64,000 nt of DNA from Sphingomonadales bacterium Ga0077531 (GTDB lineage: Bacteria > Pseudomonadota > Alphaproteobacteria > Sphingomonadales > Sphingomonadaceae): positions 42,469 to 106,468 of the forward strand of contig LNED01000043.1 of the NCBI GenBank assembly GCA_001464915.1, read 5' to 3'. The position numbers were made by a program, and so were the translations under genes. Each line of letters opens with the position of its first letter. The first letter of the stretch is position 1. The notes beneath the pieces are model-generated. The model had not been told where the DNA came from, ran no database searches, and saw only the letters and a program-made list of their open reading frames with translations. Below are positions 1 through 10,090 of this stretch, in pieces.

Positions 1-644
1 CCCACGCCCACGGTCTGCGCGCCAATCGAATCGAGCGTGTTGGGCGAACGACCCGCGATCGCGCGATCTTCCAACTCGATCCGGGGTTGCAGCCGGCTGG
101 GCTTGTCTTCGGCCTTAGGCCGTGAGGGTTCAAACTGTGCAAGGTCAGGCAGCGTCATGCTGCGCACATTCGCGGTCAGATCAACTGGCCGGGTAAAGGT
201 GCGGGCAAAGGTTTTATAACCGCGCGCCGAGCCCAGTTGGAACCGGCTGGCTTCGAGCCCGCCGACACCAATCGCGCGGCCGGGCACGGCATCAATTGCC
301 TTGCGCACCTGGATGGCCTGCGCGTTCTGATTATCGACCCGCACTGCAACGGTCACCGTCCGCTTGCCCGCAATCGCGGCGGCGGGGGCCGGAGTGAAGC
401 GGAACCCGCGCGCCTTTGCCTTGTCCGCCACGCGGGCCGCCAAGGCAGGATCGACCGAGGCCGGAGTGAAAACATCAAAGCCCAAAGAAGCGAACGAGGT
501 TGCACGGCTATCGCCAGCAGTGCCCGCCAGCGCCCAACCGGCGCTCGGCACAGCCAAGGCCAGCGCGCCGCACGACAGGGCGCACAGGGCAAACAGCGGC
601 AGCGAGCGCTGCGCCTTTGCTGTCCTGTTCGGCCGTGCCGTCAT
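1..644 (-). CDS. hypothetical secreted protein; C-terminus runs off the window start
   Basis: Absent from the ORF track because it has no stop in the window. Checked by hand: ATG at 644-642, no in-frame stop down to position 3 (214 codons), G/C-rich third positions. N-terminus MTARPNRTAKAQRSLPLFALCALSCGALALAVPSAGWA looks like a signal peptide. Confidence 0.5.
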   Translation of the reverse strand, partial: MTARPNRTAKAQRSLPLFALCALSCGALALAVPSAGWALAGTAGDSRATSFASLGFDVFTPASVDPALAARVADKAKARGFRFTPAPAAAIAGKRTVTVAVRVDNQNAQAIQVRKAIDAVPGRAIGVGGLEASRFQLGSARGYKTFARTFTRPVDLTANVRSMTLPDLAQFEPSRPKAEDKPSRLQPRIELEDRAIAGRSPNTLDSIGAQTVGV

Positions 645-1023
645 CGTCACATTCGTTCCCTGTCTTGAAGCGATCAGCTTTCCCAAAGCCATCCCTGACC
701 TTAACCAAAGCTGAGTCGTTTCGAATACTTACTGATGTGATAGGCGCAGCCGACATGGTTGCAATGGCCTTACCGTAGCGGAACCGGATTCATTTTCGAC
801 CTGTGGCGCGATACACACAGAACGGTGCGCCAATGGCGCAGGCCTGCCTCGTTTTGGGGCGAAAACTCGACCCCCAGTGTTCGCCGGCATGTTCAGCCCG
901 CATAAAGCCCGCGGCGCGCTGTAGGTGGTGGGTGAATGGGACCGGGTGGTGGATGATGCTTGCCGCGCGGGGCCTGACGGTTATAGAGCATTTGCAAAGA
1001 CAGATGATGAGGATTTTCCGGCT

Positions 1024-1476
1024 GTGACACGCGCCAATTTCGCCTTTTCCCGCACCATTCGCGCCGCACTGGTGGGCGGAGCACTGCTTGCGTTGTCCGG
1101 ATGTGGCGGGTCGGAGCGCCCGCGCACTGAATTGCAGGCGGCCCAGCTCAACACCATCGGCGTCAATGCCTATCTGTGGCGCGCAGCGCTCGACACGGTC
1201 AGCTTTGCGCCGCTGTTGCAAGCCGACAGCGCGGGCGGCGTGATTGTGACCGATTGGTACGCCAACCCGGCCAACCCCAATGAACGGGTCAAGATGACGG
1301 TGACGATCCTCGATCAGGATCTGCGCGCCGATGCCCTGCGCGTTGCGGCAAGCCGTCAGGTCAATGACAGCGGCAACTGGGTCGAAGCGCCAGTGCAGGC
1401 GGCGACCGTGCAGAAGCTTGAGGACATCATCCTGACCAAGGCCCGCGATCTGCGCCGTCAGGCGCTCGCTTCCTAG
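1024..1476 (+). CDS. DUF3576-like lipoprotein (family name from memory)
   Basis: In-frame GTG at 1024 inside track ORF 925..1476. Lipobox LALSGCGG. This conserved small protein usually sits upstream of leuS in alphaproteobacteria. Confidence 0.7.
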   Translation: MTRANFAFSRTIRAALVGGALLALSGCGGSERPRTELQAAQLNTIGVNAYLWRAALDTVSFAPLLQADSAGGVIVTDWYANPANPNERVKMTVTILDQDLRADALRVAASRQVNDSGNWVEAPVQAATVQKLEDIILTKARDLRRQALAS

Positions 1477-1517
1477 GCGCTTCTTGAGTTTACGCTTCCT
1501 CGACGGAAACCTTTTTC

Positions 1518-4040
1518 ATGACCGATTCCCGTTTCGATCCGTCTGTCGCCGACGGACGCTGGCAGCGCGCATGGGATGCGGCAGGTACCTTCACCGCCGA
1601 CAGCGATAGCCCCAAGCCCAAAAGCTACATCCTTGAGATGTTCCCCTATCCTTCGGGGCGTATCCACATGGGCCACGTGCGCAATTACACGATGGGCGAC
1701 GTGCTGGCGCGCTATCAGAAGATGCGCGGGTTTGAAGTGCTCCACCCGATGGGGTGGGACGCCTTCGGAATGCCAGCCGAAAATGCGGCGATGGAAAAGG
1801 GCGTGCATCCGGGCGGCTGGACGCGGCAGAACATCGCGCAGATGAAGGCGCAATTGCAGCGCATCGGCTTCGCGCTCGATTGGACCCGCGAATTCGCCAC
1901 CTGCGATCCCGAGTATTACGGCCACGAACAGGCGCTGTTCTTGGATCTGTTTGCCGCCGGCCTCGTCTATCGCAAGGAATCCACGGTCAACTGGGATCCG
2001 GTCGATATGACGGTTCTGGCGAACGAACAGGTGATCGACGGCAAGGGCTGGCGGAGCGGCGCCGAGGTCGAGAAGCGCAAGCTCAACCAGTGGTTCCTGA
2101 AGATTACCGACTTTGCCGATGATCTGCTGGAGGGGCTGGGGAGCCTTGAGGACTGGCCTGAAAAGGTTCGCCTGATGCAGGAAAACTGGATCGGGAAGTC
2201 GCAGGGTCTCGAATTCAGCTTTGACCTCTCCGACGGCGGGAAGCTGCCGGTCTACACCACGCGGCCCGACACCATCTTCGGCGCGAGTTTCTGCGCCATC
2301 GCCGCCGATCACCCGATCGCGCAAGGGCTGGCGGGCGATCCGGAAGTCGCCGCCTTCATCGAAGCGTGCAAGCGCGGCGGGACCAAGGCGGCGGAAGTCG
2401 AAACGGCGGAGAAGCTGGGTTATCGCACCGCGATCACCGCGCGCCATCCCTTCACCGGCGAGGCCCTGCCCCTGTTCATCGCCAACTTCGTGCTGATGGA
2501 ATACGGCACCGGCGCGGTGATGGGCGTGCCGGGGCATGACCAGCGGGATTTTGAATTTGCCACGAAGTACGCACTGCCGATCGCGCGCGTGGTCGCCACC
2601 GATCCGGCCCGCGCCGACGAGCCCTTCGCAGGCGAGGCAGAGGCGGGCGACGGGGTGATCGTCAACTCCGACTTCCTCAACGGCATGAGCGTCGAGGACG
2701 CCAAACAGGCGGTCATCACCCGCGCCGAAACCGGCGGCTGGGGTGAGGGGCGCACCGTGTGGCGGCTGCGCGATTGGGGCGTGTCGCGCCAACGCTATTG
2801 GGGGACCCCGATCCCCTTCATCCACTGCGATGCCTGCGGCGTGGTGCCGGTGCCCAAGGCGCAATTGCCGGTAACGCTGCCCGAGGATGTCAGCTTCGAC
2901 ATTCCCGGCAACCCGCTTGAACGCCACCCGACATGGAAGCACGTCGACTGCCCAAAGTGCGGCGCAGCGGCCCGGCGTGAGACCGATACGCTCGATACGT
3001 TTGTGGACTCCTCGTGGTATTTCCTGCGCTTCGCCAGCCAGCCCGATGACCGTCCGTTTGACCCGGCCGAGGTCGCCAAGTGGCTGCCGGTGCAGCACTA
3101 TATCGGCGGGGTCGAACACGCGATTTTGCACCTGCTCTACGCCCGCTTCTGGACGCGGGCGCTCGCCCACATGGGCCAGATCGATGTGGCCGAGCCGTTC
3201 GCGGCGCTGTTCACGCAAGGGATGGTGACGCACGAAACCTACAGCCGGATCGACGCAAGCCGCGGCGCGCCGGTGTTCTTCTCGCCCGAGGAAGTGGATC
3301 GCACTTCGGACGGCGCAACGCTGCTTGCCGATAGCGGCCCGGTCGAAGTCGGCCGCGTCATCAAGATGTCGAAGTCGAAGAAGAACGTCGTCGATCCGGA
3401 CGCGATCATCGCCCGCCACGGCGCGGATGCGGTGCGGTGGTTCATGCTTTCGGATAGCCCGCCGGAACGCGATCTGCCGTGGTCCGACGCCGGGATCGAA
3501 GGCTGCTCGCGCTTCGTCCAGCGCTTGTGGCGGTTGTTCCAAGCCTATGACGCTGCGGCGGAAGGCGAGGACAAGAGCCTCGACCGCAAGACCCACCAGA
3601 CCATCGCTGCCGTCGCCGCCGATATCGAAGCGCTCGGCTTCAACAAGGCGGTCGCGCGCATTTACGAGCTGACCGGGGCGACCGAAAAAGCTGCGCCGTC
3701 CGCGAGCCGCAGCTCTGCCATTCGGGCGTTGGTGCACCTCGCCGCGCCGATGATGCCGCACCTCGCGGAAGAAGTCTGGGCGAACATGGGCGGAGAAGGC
3801 CTGATCGCCGATGCCGCTTGGCCCGCGGTCGACCCCGCGCTGCTGGTCGATGACGAGGTCACCATCGCGATCCAGCACATGGGTAAGCTGCGCGACACCA
3901 TCACCGCGCCCAAGGGGGCATCGAAAGACGCGCTTGAGGCGCTGGCGCTGGCTTCGGCCAACCTGCAACGCTCACTTGACGGGGCAGCGGTGCGCAAGAT
4001 CATTGTGGTGCCCGACCGATTGGTGAATATCGTCACCTGA
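1518..4040 (+). CDS. leuS: leucyl-tRNA synthetase
   Basis: 840 aa. HMGH motif ([11 protein letters not shown]) and KMSKS motif ([10 protein letters not shown]); class I LeuRS architecture. Confidence 0.97.
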   Translation: MTDSRFDPSVADGRWQRAWDAAGTFTADSDSPKPKSYILEMFPYPSGRIHMGHVRNYTMGDVLARYQKMRGFEVLHPMGWDAFGMPAENAAMEKGVHPGGWTRQNIAQMKAQLQRIGFALDWTREFATCDPEYYGHEQALFLDLFAAGLVYRKESTVNWDPVDMTVLANEQVIDGKGWRSGAEVEKRKLNQWFLKITDFADDLLEGLGSLEDWPEKVRLMQENWIGKSQGLEFSFDLSDGGKLPVYTTRPDTIFGASFCAIAADHPIAQGLAGDPEVAAFIEACKRGGTKAAEVETAEKLGYRTAITARHPFTGEALPLFIANFVLMEYGTGAVMGVPGHDQRDFEFATKYALPIARVVATDPARADEPFAGEAEAGDGVIVNSDFLNGMSVEDAKQAVITRAETGGWGEGRTVWRLRDWGVSRQRYWGTPIPFIHCDACGVVPVPKAQLPVTLPEDVSFDIPGNPLERHPTWKHVDCPKCGAAARRETDTLDTFVDSSWYFLRFASQPDDRPFDPAEVAKWLPVQHYIGGVEHAILHLLYARFWTRALAHMGQIDVAEPFAALFTQGMVTHETYSRIDASRGAPVFFSPEEVDRTSDGATLLADSGPVEVGRVIKMSKSKKNVVDPDAIIARHGADAVRWFMLSDSPPERDLPWSDAGIEGCSRFVQRLWRLFQAYDAAAEGEDKSLDRKTHQTIAAVAADIEALGFNKAVARIYELTGATEKAAPSASRSSAIRALVHLAAPMMPHLAEEVWANMGGEGLIADAAWPAVDPALLVDDEVTIAIQHMGKLRDTITAPKGASKDALEALALASANLQRSLDGAAVRKIIVVPDRLVNIVT

Positions 4041-4543
4041 TGCGCGCGCTCCTCGCCCTTCTCGCCTGTGTGGCGCTCACCGCCTGCGGCCTGTCCCCGC
4101 TCTACAGCGGCGGGAGCAATGCGGCGGCGGCGCAAGGGATTGCGGCGATCGATATTCCCGCAATCGAAGGGCGCGGCGGGTGGCTGATCAAAAACGCGCT
4201 CGACGCGCGGCTCGGTGTTGCTGGGCAGACGACGCCGCAATACCGGCTCGACGTGCGATTGGACGACTCGCTGCAAGCTTTGGGCGTGCTCAATGATGAT
4301 ACCACCAGCCGCGAACGCCGGATTTTGCGCGCGCGTTATCAGTTGGTCGATCTGGCGACTGGCGCGGTGCTGCTCGATGCCACCGCAGGATCAGACGCCG
4401 GGATTGACGTGGTGAGTTCGGAATATGCCACCATCGCGGCGGAACAGACCGCGCTGGAAAACCTAGCGCGCGAAGTGGCCGACCGGATGACGACGCAGAT
4501 CGCGCTGACCTTGCGCAATCGCGCCGCGCAAGAAGGCCAGTGA
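4040..4543 (+). CDS. lptE: LPS-assembly lipoprotein LptE
   Basis: 167 aa, lipobox LTACG. Conserved leuS-lptE-holA order. Start overlaps the leuS stop (TGATG). Confidence 0.8.
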   Translation: MRALLALLACVALTACGLSPLYSGGSNAAAAQGIAAIDIPAIEGRGGWLIKNALDARLGVAGQTTPQYRLDVRLDDSLQALGVLNDDTTSRERRILRARYQLVDLATGAVLLDATAGSDAGIDVVSSEYATIAAEQTALENLAREVADRMTTQIALTLRNRAAQEGQ

Positions 4544-5604
4544 AGGCCAAGGGCAACGAACTCGCGCGCGGCCTGCCGGCTGGCGCGGCGGGCTGTCGGA
4601 TCTTCTTCTTCTGTGGCCCGGATGAAGCCGGCGCCAGCGCCGCCGCCAATCGCATCGCAGCCGCCTTGCCCGATGCGGGCGAGCGGGTCGAATTGGCCGG
4701 GGCCGATCTGAAACGCGATCCTGCACTGCTGGGCGATGAAGCGCGCTCAAACTCGCTGTTCGGCGGCAGCCGCCACATCTGGGTGCGCGCCAGCGGAGAC
4801 GAGGCGCATGATGCGCTGCAATTCCTGATCGAAACGGCTGAGGCTGGCGCGGGCCAGGCCGCCCCGGTGCTGGTGGTCGCCACGTCGGCCACCGACAAAT
4901 CGCGCACCGCCAAACTGCTCGAAAAACGCAAGGACGCGCTGGTGGCGATGTTCCACCCGCCCGACCACGGCACTGTGGCGAGCGCGGTGCGGCAGATGGC
5001 GGACGCCGCAGGCCTGAGGCTTGGCGGAGACCTCGCCGACCGGATCGCGCGCGCCGCCGGGCTCGACGTGCGGCTGGCGCAATCGGAAGTGACCAAGCTG
5101 GCGCTGTATTGCGATGCCGATCCGCAATCGCCCAAGCCCGCTTCGATCGAGGATTACGCCGCGATTGGCGCGACGACCGAGGAAGACGGCTTTGCCCCGC
5201 TGGTTGATGCCGTGCTGGGCGGCGAGCTGGGCCGCGTCGCGGGCGAGATCAAGCGGATGCGCGAACTTGGCCTTAACCCCGTCGGCGTCGCGCTGGCGCT
5301 GGAACGGCGCACCGCGCAACTGGCGCAGATTGCCGCGCAGCTTGGCCCGCGCGGCAATTTCGACCGGCTCGACAAGGCGCAGCAGGCGCGGCTCGGCATT
5401 TTCTGGAAGGATGAACGGGGCATCCGCCGCCAATATGAACGCTGGACGCAGCCCGCCGGACGCGGCAGCCGCGAAACCCGGCTCGACCGGCTGATCCCGC
5501 GCCTGACCGAATTGCACCGCACGCTGCTGTATAACAGTCAGGCTGCCGAACTGCTGCTGGCGCAGGAACTGGCGGAAATTGCCCGGTTTGCTGCGAAGCG
5601 ATAG
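4540..5604 (+). CDS. holA: DNA polymerase III delta subunit
   Basis: 354 aa, position after lptE, delta-subunit-like sequence. GTGA overlap with the lptE stop. Confidence 0.85.
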   Translation: MKAKGNELARGLPAGAAGCRIFFFCGPDEAGASAAANRIAAALPDAGERVELAGADLKRDPALLGDEARSNSLFGGSRHIWVRASGDEAHDALQFLIETAEAGAGQAAPVLVVATSATDKSRTAKLLEKRKDALVAMFHPPDHGTVASAVRQMADAAGLRLGGDLADRIARAAGLDVRLAQSEVTKLALYCDADPQSPKPASIEDYAAIGATTEEDGFAPLVDAVLGGELGRVAGEIKRMRELGLNPVGVALALERRTAQLAQIAAQLGPRGNFDRLDKAQQARLGIFWKDERGIRRQYERWTQPAGRGSRETRLDRLIPRLTELHRTLLYNSQAAELLLAQELAEIARFAAKR

Positions 5605-5708
5605 CAAAATGTGACAAGCCGCTTTACGCAGTCGCACAAACTGCATTTTAACGTGTAATACACCATACGTACCTTTCCATAGGGTCGCACCGTCAAGGGA
5701 AAGTCCGA

Positions 5709-7112
5709 ATGAATCGCATGACGCCCAAATTGCTGGATGCAGTCCGGCATGAGGCGGTTGAAAACAGGATTGCGCCGTCGCTCGAACGGCGTCGCCTGCG
5801 CGCCTATATGCTGATGTTGCTGGCCGATGGCGCACTGCTCAATCTCAGCTTTGCGCTTGCGGCCATGCTGTGGGAAGGGCGCTGGTGGGAACCGCGCGCC
5901 ATGCTGGCTGCACAGGCGATGTTGCCGGTGTTTTTCACAATCGCGCTATATAATGGCAGCTACGGCGTCCGGGCGCTGTCGGACTGGGTGTTTGCCGCAA
6001 GACAAGCCTTGATTGCATTGGTGATTTCGGCAGCCCTGCTCAACTTTGTCGCGTTTTACACCAAGTCGAACGATGATTTCTCGCGCGCGGCGGTGACGCT
6101 GGGCCTGCTGTTTACGGCATTGATGCTGGTGGCGCTGCGCCGCGTGGTGGCGATGCTGATTGTGCAGCGCTGGGACGGACGTGTCAGCAACCGGATGGTG
6201 ATCGACGATGGCGGCGCCAGCTTCCCGTTCGAAGGCGCCGAGGTGATCAATGCGGCCGACTACCATCTCGATCCAGCCAGCCATGATCCCTTTATGCTCG
6301 ACCGGCTGGGCAAGCTGCTGCGCAATCAGGATAAGGTGGTGGTCAGCTGCCCGCGCGAACGGCGCGAAGGCTGGGCGCTGCTGCTGAAATCGGCGGGCGT
6401 ATACGGTGAAATCGTCAGCGAGCCTGCGCACAGCCTCGGCGCGGTTGGGGTGCACCGGTACGATGAGCTCGACCGCACCACGTTGGTGGTGTCGACCGGG
6501 CCATTGGGCCTGCGCGCCCGCATTCTCAAACGCGTGTTCGATATTGTGGTGGCAACGGCCGGGCTGATCGCGCTGTCGCCGGTGCTGATTGCGGCTGCGG
6601 TGATGATCAAGCTGGAAGATGGCGGCCCGGTGCTGTTCGTGCAACGGCGGCTTGGGCGCGGCAACCTGTTCTTCGATGTGTTCAAGTTCCGATCCATGCG
6701 CCTGGAAAAGCTCGACGCGGATGGCGACCGGTCGACCGCGCGCGATGATGACCGGATCACCCGCATCGGGGCCTTCATGCGCCGCACCAGCATTGATGAA
6801 CTGCCGCAACTGTTGAACGTGCTTAAAGGCGACATGTCGATCGTTGGCCCGCGCCCGCACGCTATCGGCAGTCAGGCGAACAACAAGTATTTCTGGGAAG
6901 TCGACCGGATGTACTGGCAGCGCCATAGCCTGAAACCCGGCCTGACGGGGCTGGCCCAGGTGCGCGGCCATCGCGGCGCGACCGAGGTGGAGAAAGACCT
7001 CACCGACCGGCTGCAATCCGATCTCGAATATATTGCCGGGTGGTCGCTGCGGCGCGACATCGGCATTGTGCTGCGCACCGTAATGGTGCTCAAGCACGAT
7101 AACGCTTACTAG
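5709..7112 (+). CDS. polyprenyl glycosylphosphotransferase (EPS priming sugar transferase, WbaP/ExoY type)
   Basis: N-terminal TM segments. C-terminal bacterial sugar-transferase domain: FKFRSMR, DELPQLLNVLKGDMSIVGPRPH. Confidence 0.85.
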   Translation: MNRMTPKLLDAVRHEAVENRIAPSLERRRLRAYMLMLLADGALLNLSFALAAMLWEGRWWEPRAMLAAQAMLPVFFTIALYNGSYGVRALSDWVFAARQALIALVISAALLNFVAFYTKSNDDFSRAAVTLGLLFTALMLVALRRVVAMLIVQRWDGRVSNRMVIDDGGASFPFEGAEVINAADYHLDPASHDPFMLDRLGKLLRNQDKVVVSCPRERREGWALLLKSAGVYGEIVSEPAHSLGAVGVHRYDELDRTTLVVSTGPLGLRARILKRVFDIVVATAGLIALSPVLIAAAVMIKLEDGGPVLFVQRRLGRGNLFFDVFKFRSMRLEKLDADGDRSTARDDDRITRIGAFMRRTSIDELPQLLNVLKGDMSIVGPRPHAIGSQANNKYFWEVDRMYWQRHSLKPGLTGLAQVRGHRGATEVEKDLTDRLQSDLEYIAGWSLRRDIGIVLRTVMVLKHDNAY

Positions 7113-7432
7113 GGCAAGTCACCGGAAAGTGTCTGTGCGGCCTCAGTGATCGCAGCTTCGTAGGCTGCCTCAGCCTCGCGCAGTGCCAGCCGCTTCTGCG
7201 CGAGCGCGACATGGCGAACATAGGCTATCAGGCCGATCAGAACCGCTCCGCCAAGAAACCGAAGCGGCCCACCGAGCTGACCCCATTTGGCATAGTCGCA
7301 GGCCGCTGCTGCCGCGAAGGTGAGCGCCATGCCCCACGCCATCCAGTTCGTGACGCGCTCAAACAGCCATGAGTGATGGGGCTGCGGACGTCCGGTGCGC
7401 CGGTCGATTGCGTGGTCGCGGAAGCCGAACAA
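7109..7432 (-). CDS. hypothetical small membrane protein
   Basis: 107 aa with two hydrophobic segments. Lies directly downstream of lptA on the same strand. No family recognised. Confidence 0.45.
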   Translation of the reverse strand: MFGFRDHAIDRRTGRPQPHHSWLFERVTNWMAWGMALTFAAAAACDYAKWGQLGGPLRFLGGAVLIGLIAYVRHVALAQKRLALREAEAAYEAAITEAAQTLSGDLP

Positions 7433-7437
7433 CGCAG

Positions 7438-8010
7438 TTAGTTCGGAGTCTTGCGGTCCTGCGGCACCGAAAAGCTGCCGGTGACCCGGCCGTTGCTGGT
7501 GCCGCCCGACGCCCCGCCCGAAGCGCTGCCATCGACGCTCGACAATCCGCTGTTGAGGTCGATCACCAACCGCCCGCCATTCAGCGTATCGGTGCCCCGG
7601 CGCAGGCGGACATTGCCCGCCATCGTGATGATCCGGCGGTTGAAATCATAGATTGCATTATCGCCGCTCGCGCGTTCATCGCCGCGCGTCACCTCGACCC
7701 CGCCGGTAGCAGTGATGCGCTGGATGCTGAGCGATCCGGTATCGCTGAAATTGACCAGCGTGCGCGCGGCGCGCAGGCTTAGACCGGCCTGGTCGATCTG
7801 GACATTGCCCGACAGGATCACGCGGTTTTCGCGGTCTTGCAGTTCAATCCGGTCTGCTGCGTAATTCACCGGCGCGTTGGAATTATGCCCGCCGATGCCT
7901 TGCGCGTGCAGCGTCATCCCGCCCGCCAGCACCGCGGTCAGCGCAAAGCCGCCGATGGCGTAGCCAAGTGCCAGTTTGCGCAAGTGGGAGCGTCGTGCAT
8001 TGTTCGTCAT
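7438..8010 (-). CDS. lptA: LPS transport periplasmic protein LptA (OstA-like)
   Basis: 190 aa, signal peptide, OstA-like repeats. 4-nt overlap with lptC. Confidence 0.85.
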   Translation of the reverse strand: MTNNARRSHLRKLALGYAIGGFALTAVLAGGMTLHAQGIGGHNSNAPVNYAADRIELQDRENRVILSGNVQIDQAGLSLRAARTLVNFSDTGSLSIQRITATGGVEVTRGDERASGDNAIYDFNRRIITMAGNVRLRRGTDTLNGGRLVIDLNSGLSSVDGSASGGASGGTSNGRVTGSFSVPQDRKTPN

Positions 8011-8678
8011 TGCGGTATCCTCAGCTTGCCTGGGATCATGGTCAGGCGCGCCTTGCCGTCAAGTGTCAGTGTGCGCGCGGCCAGATCGGCGCGGATGGAA
8101 TTGGCGGAGAATGTGCCCGCCGGAACTTCGCCCGATACGCCATCATCGCCGCGCATGGTGCGGGCTTTCAAATCGACCGAAACGCCGCGTGCGACCATCG
8201 CGTAGCCATCGCTGGCGGTCAGCCGCACTGCGCCATCGACTTTGACGGTCTCGGCTGCGATATCATAGGTGCCGCCTTCGGCGCTAAGACGCGCGGGGCC
8301 GTCTGCCAGCAGCAATTGCGCGACCAGATCCTGCATCCGCACCAGCCCTTCGAGGCTGGAACGCTGCACCGCTTCGCCCGCCATCAGCGAGAATGGCCGC
8401 CCCTTGTCGTCGCGCCCACGGTACATGGCGTTATCGACGCTGAGCCGTTCGTCGATCAGCGCGACCTTGTTGCGATCAAGCAGAAAGCTGACTTCGCCGC
8501 GCGGGCTGAGCGGCGTGATGATCATCAGCGCCGCAATCACCCCGACGCCCATCGGCAGTGCGCGGGCGAGGAACCCAACCAGCCGGTCGTGCGATCCGCC
8601 CGGCGCTGCGAAATGCTGGCGTCGGCCGCGCAGTTCGCGCGCTTCAGATGTTTCGATCCGGGTGTGGGTGGCCGCCAT
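8007..8678 (-). CDS. lptC: LPS export system protein LptC
   Basis: Internal ATG at 8678 (MAATHT...) of track ORF 8007..8795, just after the stop of the upstream gene at 8689. Single N-terminal TM helix plus LptC-like periplasmic domain. Confidence 0.8.
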   Translation of the reverse strand: MAATHTRIETSEARELRGRRQHFAAPGGSHDRLVGFLARALPMGVGVIAALMIITPLSPRGEVSFLLDRNKVALIDERLSVDNAMYRGRDDKGRPFSLMAGEAVQRSSLEGLVRMQDLVAQLLLADGPARLSAEGGTYDIAAETVKVDGAVRLTASDGYAMVARGVSVDLKARTMRGDDGVSGEVPAGTFSANSIRADLAARTLTLDGKARLTMIPGKLRIPQ

Positions 8679-8688
8679 GAATCCGCCG

Positions 8689-9309
8689 CTACATGTGGCT
8701 GAAGATGTCGTTTTCGGCCCAGCCTGCGACATCGAGCAGCGCGCGGGTGGGCAGGAAATCGAAACAGGCCTGCGCCATGTCCATGCGCCCCTCACGCTCC
8801 AGCCGCTTGGTCAGTTCATCGCGCAGGCGGTGGAGGTAGCGCACATCGCTGGCGGCATAATCGCGCTGCGCTTCGGACAGCACCGGGCCGCCCCAATCGC
8901 TCGACTGCTGCTGTTTCGAGATATTCTCGCCCAGCAATTCTTCGACCAGGTTTTTCAGGCCGTGGCGATCAGTATAGGTGCGCACCAGCTTGCTGGCGAT
9001 TTTGGTGCAAAACACCGGCCCGGCCATCACGCCGAGGTAGTGGTGAATCGCGGCAAGATCGAACCGGCCGAAATGGTAGATTTTGACCCGTGTAGGATCG
9101 CCCAGCACCGCTTTCAGATTGGGCGCATCATAGGCGCTGTTCGGGCCAAACCGCACCAGATGCTCGCTGCCCGAACCATCGGACAATTGCACCACGCACA
9201 ACCGGTCGCGGGTCGTGATCAGGCCCATCGTCTCGGTATCGACCGCAATCGCGCTCGTCCCTGTCAACACGCCGGGGGGGAGGTCTTCTTCGTGGAAATG
9301 CACAGCCAT
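8689..9309 (-). CDS. 3-prime-5-prime exonuclease, short RNase D-like
   Basis: 206 aa. DEDD-type exonuclease motif region IAVDTETMGL. Common neighbour of lptC in alphaproteobacteria. Confidence 0.8.
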   Translation of the reverse strand: MAVHFHEEDLPPGVLTGTSAIAVDTETMGLITTRDRLCVVQLSDGSGSEHLVRFGPNSAYDAPNLKAVLGDPTRVKIYHFGRFDLAAIHHYLGVMAGPVFCTKIASKLVRTYTDRHGLKNLVEELLGENISKQQQSSDWGGPVLSEAQRDYAASDVRYLHRLRDELTKRLEREGRMDMAQACFDFLPTRALLDVAGWAENDIFSHM

Positions 9310-9391
9310 GCAGGTGCCCTACGCGGATTGGGGAAAGAGGGGAAGCGCGTAAAGTTGCCCCCACGCGCGCGGTCGGTGTAGGTTCCGCTCC

Positions 9392-10090
9392 ATGACCGCT
9401 GAAACCATCCCCGAAAGCTGGCGCACGGCGTTGGAACCGGCGCTCGCTACACCTGATGCGCGCAAACTCGGCGGGTGGCTCAAGGCGGAGGAAGCGGCGG
9501 GCAAGGCGGTCTATCCGCCGCGCGGCACTCGGCTCGCGGCGCTGGCGTTGACGCCGCTGGATCAGGTGCGCTGCGTGATCCTCGGGCAAGATCCCTACCA
9601 TGGGGCGGGCCAAGCGCATGGGTTGGCGTTTTCGGTGCAAACCGGCACGCGCCTGCCGCCGTCGTTGGTGAACATCTACAAGGAGCTGGAGGCTGACCTC
9701 GGCCTGCCGCGCGCGGTGACCGGCGACCTGACCCCGTGGGCGCGCCAAGGCGTGCTGCTGCTCAACAACACCCTGACTGTCGAGGCGGGCCAAGCAGGCA
9801 GCCACGCCGGGCGCGGTTGGGATGCGATCACCGATGCCGCCGTCGCCGCCGTGGCGGAGCGCGACACGCCGACCGTGTTCATCCTGTGGGGCAGCCATGC
9901 CAAGAAAAAGGCGAGCCGCATTCCCGCTCTGGCCCATGCCCTCACCCGCACCTCCGCGCATCTGGTAGTGGCATCGGCCCACCCCAGCCCGCTATCAGCC
10001 CATAACGGCTTTTTCGGCTCGCGCCCGTTCAGCCAGACCAATGCGTTTCTGGAAGACCACGGGCGCGGCGCGATTGATTGGAAATTGTAA
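9392..10090 (+). CDS. ung: uracil-DNA glycosylase, family 1
   Basis: GQDPYHG and HPSPLSA motifs; 232 aa. Confidence 0.92.
   Translation: MTAETIPESWRTALEPALATPDARKLGGWLKAEEAAGKAVYPPRGTRLAALALTPLDQVRCVILGQDPYHGAGQAHGLAFSVQTGTRLPPSLVNIYKELEADLGLPRAVTGDLTPWARQGVLLLNNTLTVEAGQAGSHAGRGWDAITDAAVAAVAERDTPTVFILWGSHAKKKASRIPALAHALTRTSAHLVVASAHPSPLSAHNGFFGSRPFSQTNAFLEDHGRGAIDWKL

Noticed and set aside
1473-3968. 831-aa ORF antisense to leuS
   Set aside because: It exactly shadows leuS on the opposite strand. The product is Arg/Gly/Ala/Pro-rich and low-complexity, typical of high-GC antisense frames, and shows no motifs.
5946-7097. 383-aa minus-strand ORF
   Set aside because: It is the antisense shadow of the sugar transferase gene, which carries the conserved transferase motifs.
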